The notes under the pieces: model-generated
What the model saw: the letters and a program-made list of their open reading frames with translations, nothing else
What the model was told of the DNA's origin: nothing
The model's database searches: none
Source of the DNA: the human T2T-CHM13v2.0 reference genome, Homo sapiens
Assembly (NCBI RefSeq): GCF_009914755.1
Contig: NC_060931.1
DNA length: 64,000 bases
Direction: 5' to 3' (one strand)
Part shown: positions 61,372 to 64,000 of the stretch, in pieces
Layout of the letters: each line of letters begins with the position of its first letter
How positions within the stretch are numbered: the first letter of the stretch is position 1
Made by a program: the position numbers and the translations under genes

Positions 61372-62897
61372 TGTAACCCCAGACAGGTTCTTTCTGCCTG
61401 TTGCACAAACAAAATCAATTCACTGTATTTCAGTAGAGAAAGAGTTTAATTGATGCAAGGCCAGCCACACCACACTGAAGAGGGACTTATTACTGAAATC
61501 AATCTCATTGAAGGCTCATAGGTTAGGGGTTTTTCAAAAGTTCTTTGGGGGAAGAGTTTGGGGTGGCTAGGCAATGGGTGCTTGCTGCTAATTGTTTGGA
61601 AGGTGCAATCATAGGGGTGTGGGAAATGATCCTGTTGCATGCTGAATCACTTCTGGGAGCAGTTGGTGGGTCCAGGTGGAACCATCATGGGTTTCAGAAA
61701 TGCAAAAAACCTGTAAAGATCTCTTACAAGACCACTGTTAGGTTCTACAATAGTGATGTTATCTGAAGGAGTATTGGGGAAGTTGCATATCTTGTGACCT
61801 CTGGAATAATGGCTGGCAATTGTTTTTGTCTACACCTTAGCAAAATTCAGGCTACTCTATCCTCCTAGCCTGGTGTTCTCTCATTAGCTTTACAAAGACA
61901 GTTGAGTTTTGGGGAAGGGCTATTTTTACTTAAACTATAGACTAAATGTCTCCCAAAGCTAGCCTAGCCTAAGCCTAGGAATAATTAAGGGAGCTTGAAG
62001 GTTAGAGGCTAGAGGGATGTAGGTTAGATCATGTCTCCCCCACTGCCATAATTTTCTCACTGTGACAATTTTTGCAAAGCCTGTTTCACTTTCGCCCTTT
62101 GAGTTTCAGCATGCCTCATTCCCGAGGTGTAAGCTATGATATGGGAAAAGGGTGAGGACTGCTCTAACTTCTTCCTACTGACAGGGGGCATAGTTGTGGT
62201 ATGGGTTGCCCCTAGGGTAAGAGGAGTGGAACTGCTTTGCATGTATTCATAGGTGCCTGATTGGGCTTCCAAGGCTTATATGACAAAGACGTTAATATTC
62301 TCACCCACAGTTTTAGCATAGCACTTAAGTGAACCACAGACTATAGGATAATGAGTAGATTGTTAGAAATACAGATTCACTAAATAGGAAATAGCAAATT
62401 TAAATATATCATCCCATATTTTTTTAATTTCCTAGTCCTGAGACTAGATGAGTTCAGCTGAACAGCTGTTTCCCATATCAGGAGGTGGCATTGCAGATGG
62501 GCTAGGCCTTTGTATTTGATGAAGGCAAACAGATTTTTTAATAAGAGGCATTTCAGACAGGTTCCAGGACTATTTCTTCACTGTAATTAGATCTCTGCCC
62601 TATGGGTCGACAGTGCCTCACCAGCAGGTACAGTGCCAAAGATGACCCTCAGTAGAAATAAGCAGTTGTAAGAGCTCACCTCTAGGTCTGTTATACTGGA
62701 GGAGGCTGATGAACCATGGGCAGATATTTGCAAGGGTGGATCCTGGATAAGCCCCCAAATTTGTAACTGTCTGACGAGTTCTTCCTGCTCACTGTACAAA
62801 CAAAATTAATTCATGACATTGCAGTCGAGAGAGCATTTAATTGACGCACATCTAGCCATACCATGTGGGAGAGAGAGTTATTACTCAAATCAATATC
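61372..62897 (-). mobile_element. Deleted ERV1 (MER4-group) provirus: LTR8A-like 3' LTR 61372-62088, short internal remnant, tRNA-Pro PBS, partial 5' LTR 62762-62897
   Basis: Two related copies of tgtaac...ttc(t/c)tgc...acaaacaaaat...tttaattga...ttattact.aaatcaat. First copy ends gcaaagcctgtttca. Minus strand 62757-62740 reads TGGGGGCTTATCCAGGAT versus Pro PBS TGGGGGCTCGTCCGGGAT. Confidence 0.82.
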
Positions 62898-62952
62898 ATA
62901 ATCTGTTAGAATTTTAAAGGTAATTATTACTAACTTAGCTATAGCTTATCTG

Positions 62953-63299
<347 letters not shown>

Positions 63300-64000
63300 T
63301 AGGAAGTTATTTGAAATTGACAGTACTGAAATAATTTTTCTCTTGCTTTTTATTACCTTTAGGGTTAAAGCTTTTTGATAGAAGCTTCCTTGGCTGAATG
63401 TGTTGATTTATGAAGGAAGTTGCTGCTTTTTAAATACGTTTCTTTTCAGTGAATAAGAAATGTTGGATTTAGATCAAGTTGATGCAATTATACTTAATAA
63501 CAGCATTTTGCTCAGAGTCTAAGATGTTTTTTTTCTTTCCACTCCCACCTACTTGGCAGCTTTAGTCCTCTCTACCTTGTTTATTACATACCAGTTCCAA
63601 TTCTGTCTGTGTTTTCTTCTTCCTTTTCAGATTAAATCTCATTCTCAATTAAATTGTTTTTTATTTAATTATTTTCAATTTTTGTAGGTCAGACTATGGG
63701 AAAATGAAATCAATACACAGGTTACAGAATCAGAAGAGCCCAGCATCTTACTTCTGCTGTGGTCAGTTTCTCAAGTGGCAAATAAAGATCATCATTTATC
63801 AGTAATGTTACTTTCTCTGGAGATATCAAATAAATATATCTACAAGTGTGGAAGTCCATTTGAATGAAACTTCACAAAGATGAGAACCATTCTAAACTTT
63901 GCTGGCAGCTCACAGCAAGCTTTAAAATCTTATTGCAGTACTTATTGCAGCTCATTTTTTAGTTTGAGCAATTTGGTCTAGTACTTCAATGTTTTTCTTC

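Overview
Human/primate genomic DNA, AT-rich and dense in repeats, from inside the BBS9 (PTHB1, BBSome subunit) gene on the + strand. It holds three consecutive coding exons: 41147-41321, 48201-48285 and 56923-57106 (probably exons 6-8; 148 codons of the N-terminal beta-propeller region). The rest is intron filled with Alu, L1, L2, MIR, LTR and DNA-transposon relics. The most unexpected element, not shown by the ORF track, is a decayed minus-strand copy of part of the deubiquitinase gene USP22 (61001-60746). It appears to be two exons already spliced together while the outer acceptor and donor sites remain, which suggests a semi-processed retrocopy. It lies about 370 bp downstream of a same-strand LTR8A provirus relic. 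Other points of interest: an intact sense-orientation solo LTR12C, a 444-nt stop-free potential circle of the three exons, a candidate recursive splice site, and an internally deleted L1 bounded by target-site duplications. No prokaryotic-type system (CRISPR, operons) is present. Repeat subfamily calls and exon numbers are from memory of consensus sequences and need RepeatMasker/BLAT confirmation.
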